From Circinaria calcarea (taxonomy: Eukaryota): a stretch of DNA of 46,925 nt. This document shows positions 45,700-46,925 of this stretch, piece after piece. The stretch spans positions 1-46,925 of the forward strand of contig JAVECS010000014.1 of assembly GCA_051942165.1 (NCBI GenBank), written 5' to 3'. The notes beneath the pieces are model-generated. The model was not told the DNA's origin and made no database searches. It was given only the letters and a program-made list of their open reading frames with translations. The translations under genes and the position numbers were made by a program. The number at the start of each line of letters is the position of its first letter. Within the stretch, counting starts at the first letter, position 1.

Positions 45700-46925
45700 A
45701 ACACTTCCCAACTTCAAAACGGTGCATCCAGAAATAATAAGGGCTTTTTCAGAAATTTTTTTAAGGGAAAATTTCCGTAAAAACTCAGCCATAACGATAA
45801 TTAAAATATTTATATTATGGCGCCAGCACCATAACATATACTAAATTTTAAAAAAAATAAACCACGGAACCGGTGTGGTGGAGCCAAGGCGATTAGTGAC
45901 TGGGCGCGCGTATGGAATGGGTAGGTAAGCATAAAGGATTTCTACACACATATACACTTTTTACATATTAAAAACAACAAAAAAATAAGTGCCAAGATCG
46001 AAAAAAGGGTCCAGGAGAAAAGTCTCAATCCCGTGACGAACTTCAAAACTCGATCCCGAAAGCATTCGCACTTACAGTATCGATGCACTCACCAAAAATC
46101 AACGGTTTTCAAAAAATAGAGGCTCATATTACAGAGCTTGATTCAACGATCAAAATAAGCCCCTATTTATAAGAATCCATCGGGAGGCGCAATAGTTACG
46201 TCGCATTAAGTATAAAAGTATGAATGGGAATAAGGCGGAAGGGTACGTTAAAATTTTAAGTGCCAAGAGAAAGTTGCAGGCACGTGACGAAAGGGTATTT
46301 TAGAAAAATAAAGGGTCCACGCCAAGGTTTGCAGGCACGTGATAACATTTCGAATTCGTGTCCCAGTCACGTGAGGAACTTCAAAATTACTGCCACTAAC
46401 CACTTCGCAGTGATATGACTCCATGTGCCACTGACGGATTTTCGATCTTGAAACAGTATTAAATAGAGCTGAATACAGCGATAAAATAACCGTTTCAACT
46501 TCGCATTTTGAGGCGTTATTCGTAGAGTAATTCAATCGGGGGAATAATATGCCTAGCAGCGTTGAAATCGCTTTCGCGGGTATATATTCGGCCACGAATA
46601 CTATAATCTTCGCAGTTAAATATGATTTTTTTCTACCCGACCGATTCGAGCAAATAAAGTGGCGTTTAAATATACCGAATAAACGCATTAATATAAACTT
46701 CTATTAACGGAATTCTATTGAAAATTGCGTGTATAATTATAGTTAGGGATTTCGCGTAATATTCGTATAGAATTCGCGTAGTGAAAAAATAAATTATTAT
46801 ATTTTCTATTATTATTTTCGTAATTAAATATAATTTCTTCCACCCGATTAATTTGGGTAAATAAAACGGTATAAAAATATATTAATTAAATATATTAATA
46901 TAAATTATTATAAATAAAATTTTAT
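45700..46925. repeat. AT-rich, RIP-like repeat relic with an internal degenerate duplication
   Basis: GC content drops abruptly right after the last stop codon, and the end is almost pure A/T with abundant TpA. Duplicated blocks TAAGTGCCAAGA, AAAGGGTCCA, TTGCAGGCACGTGA and CGTGA(C/G)GAACTTCAAAA. No credible protein. Confidence 0.65.

Noticed and set aside
46248..46688. 146-aa minus-strand ORF in the terminal AT-rich block
   Set aside because: Composition reflects AT-rich repeat DNA, and no transposase, RT or other motif is recognisable.

Overview
Gene-dense, intron-containing nuclear DNA from a filamentous ascomycete (Pezizomycotina). A lichen-forming Lecanoromycete is plausible from the style of one small secreted protein, but that is inference. 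I spliced these genes by hand from GT..AG sites, branch points and protein motifs: YTA7-like AAA+/bromodomain ATPase (-), APC/C activator CDH1 (-), M18 aspartyl aminopeptidase (+), PHO13-like HAD phosphatase (+), a Cys-rich small secreted protein (-), a mitochondrial membrane protein (-) divergent from pyruvate dehydrogenase protein X (+), an F-box protein (+), a hypothetical protein (+), an MFS transporter (-) divergent from HRD1 (+), an RGS-LOV-type blue-light receptor (+), a DUF3431 protein (+) and a conserved hypothetical protein (+). The window ends in an AT-rich, RIP-like repeat tract. The most unusual locus is 20.5-24.1 kb. There an Asp/ASPM (Sha1)-like spindle gene keeps a clean 560-codon 5' ORF, while its calponin-homology half is broken by TAG stops and frameshifts. 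It runs into a cluster of tiny TA-flanked inverted-repeat (MITE-like) elements and short periodic repeats, some related to the window-end repeat. Other leads are a presequence-like N-terminal extension on the aminopeptidase, a multi-helix RNA just after the HRD1 stop, and four tandem NAG acceptors in the LOV gene. No tRNA, rRNA, CRISPR array or intact transposase was recognised, and I found no clearly new multi-gene system.
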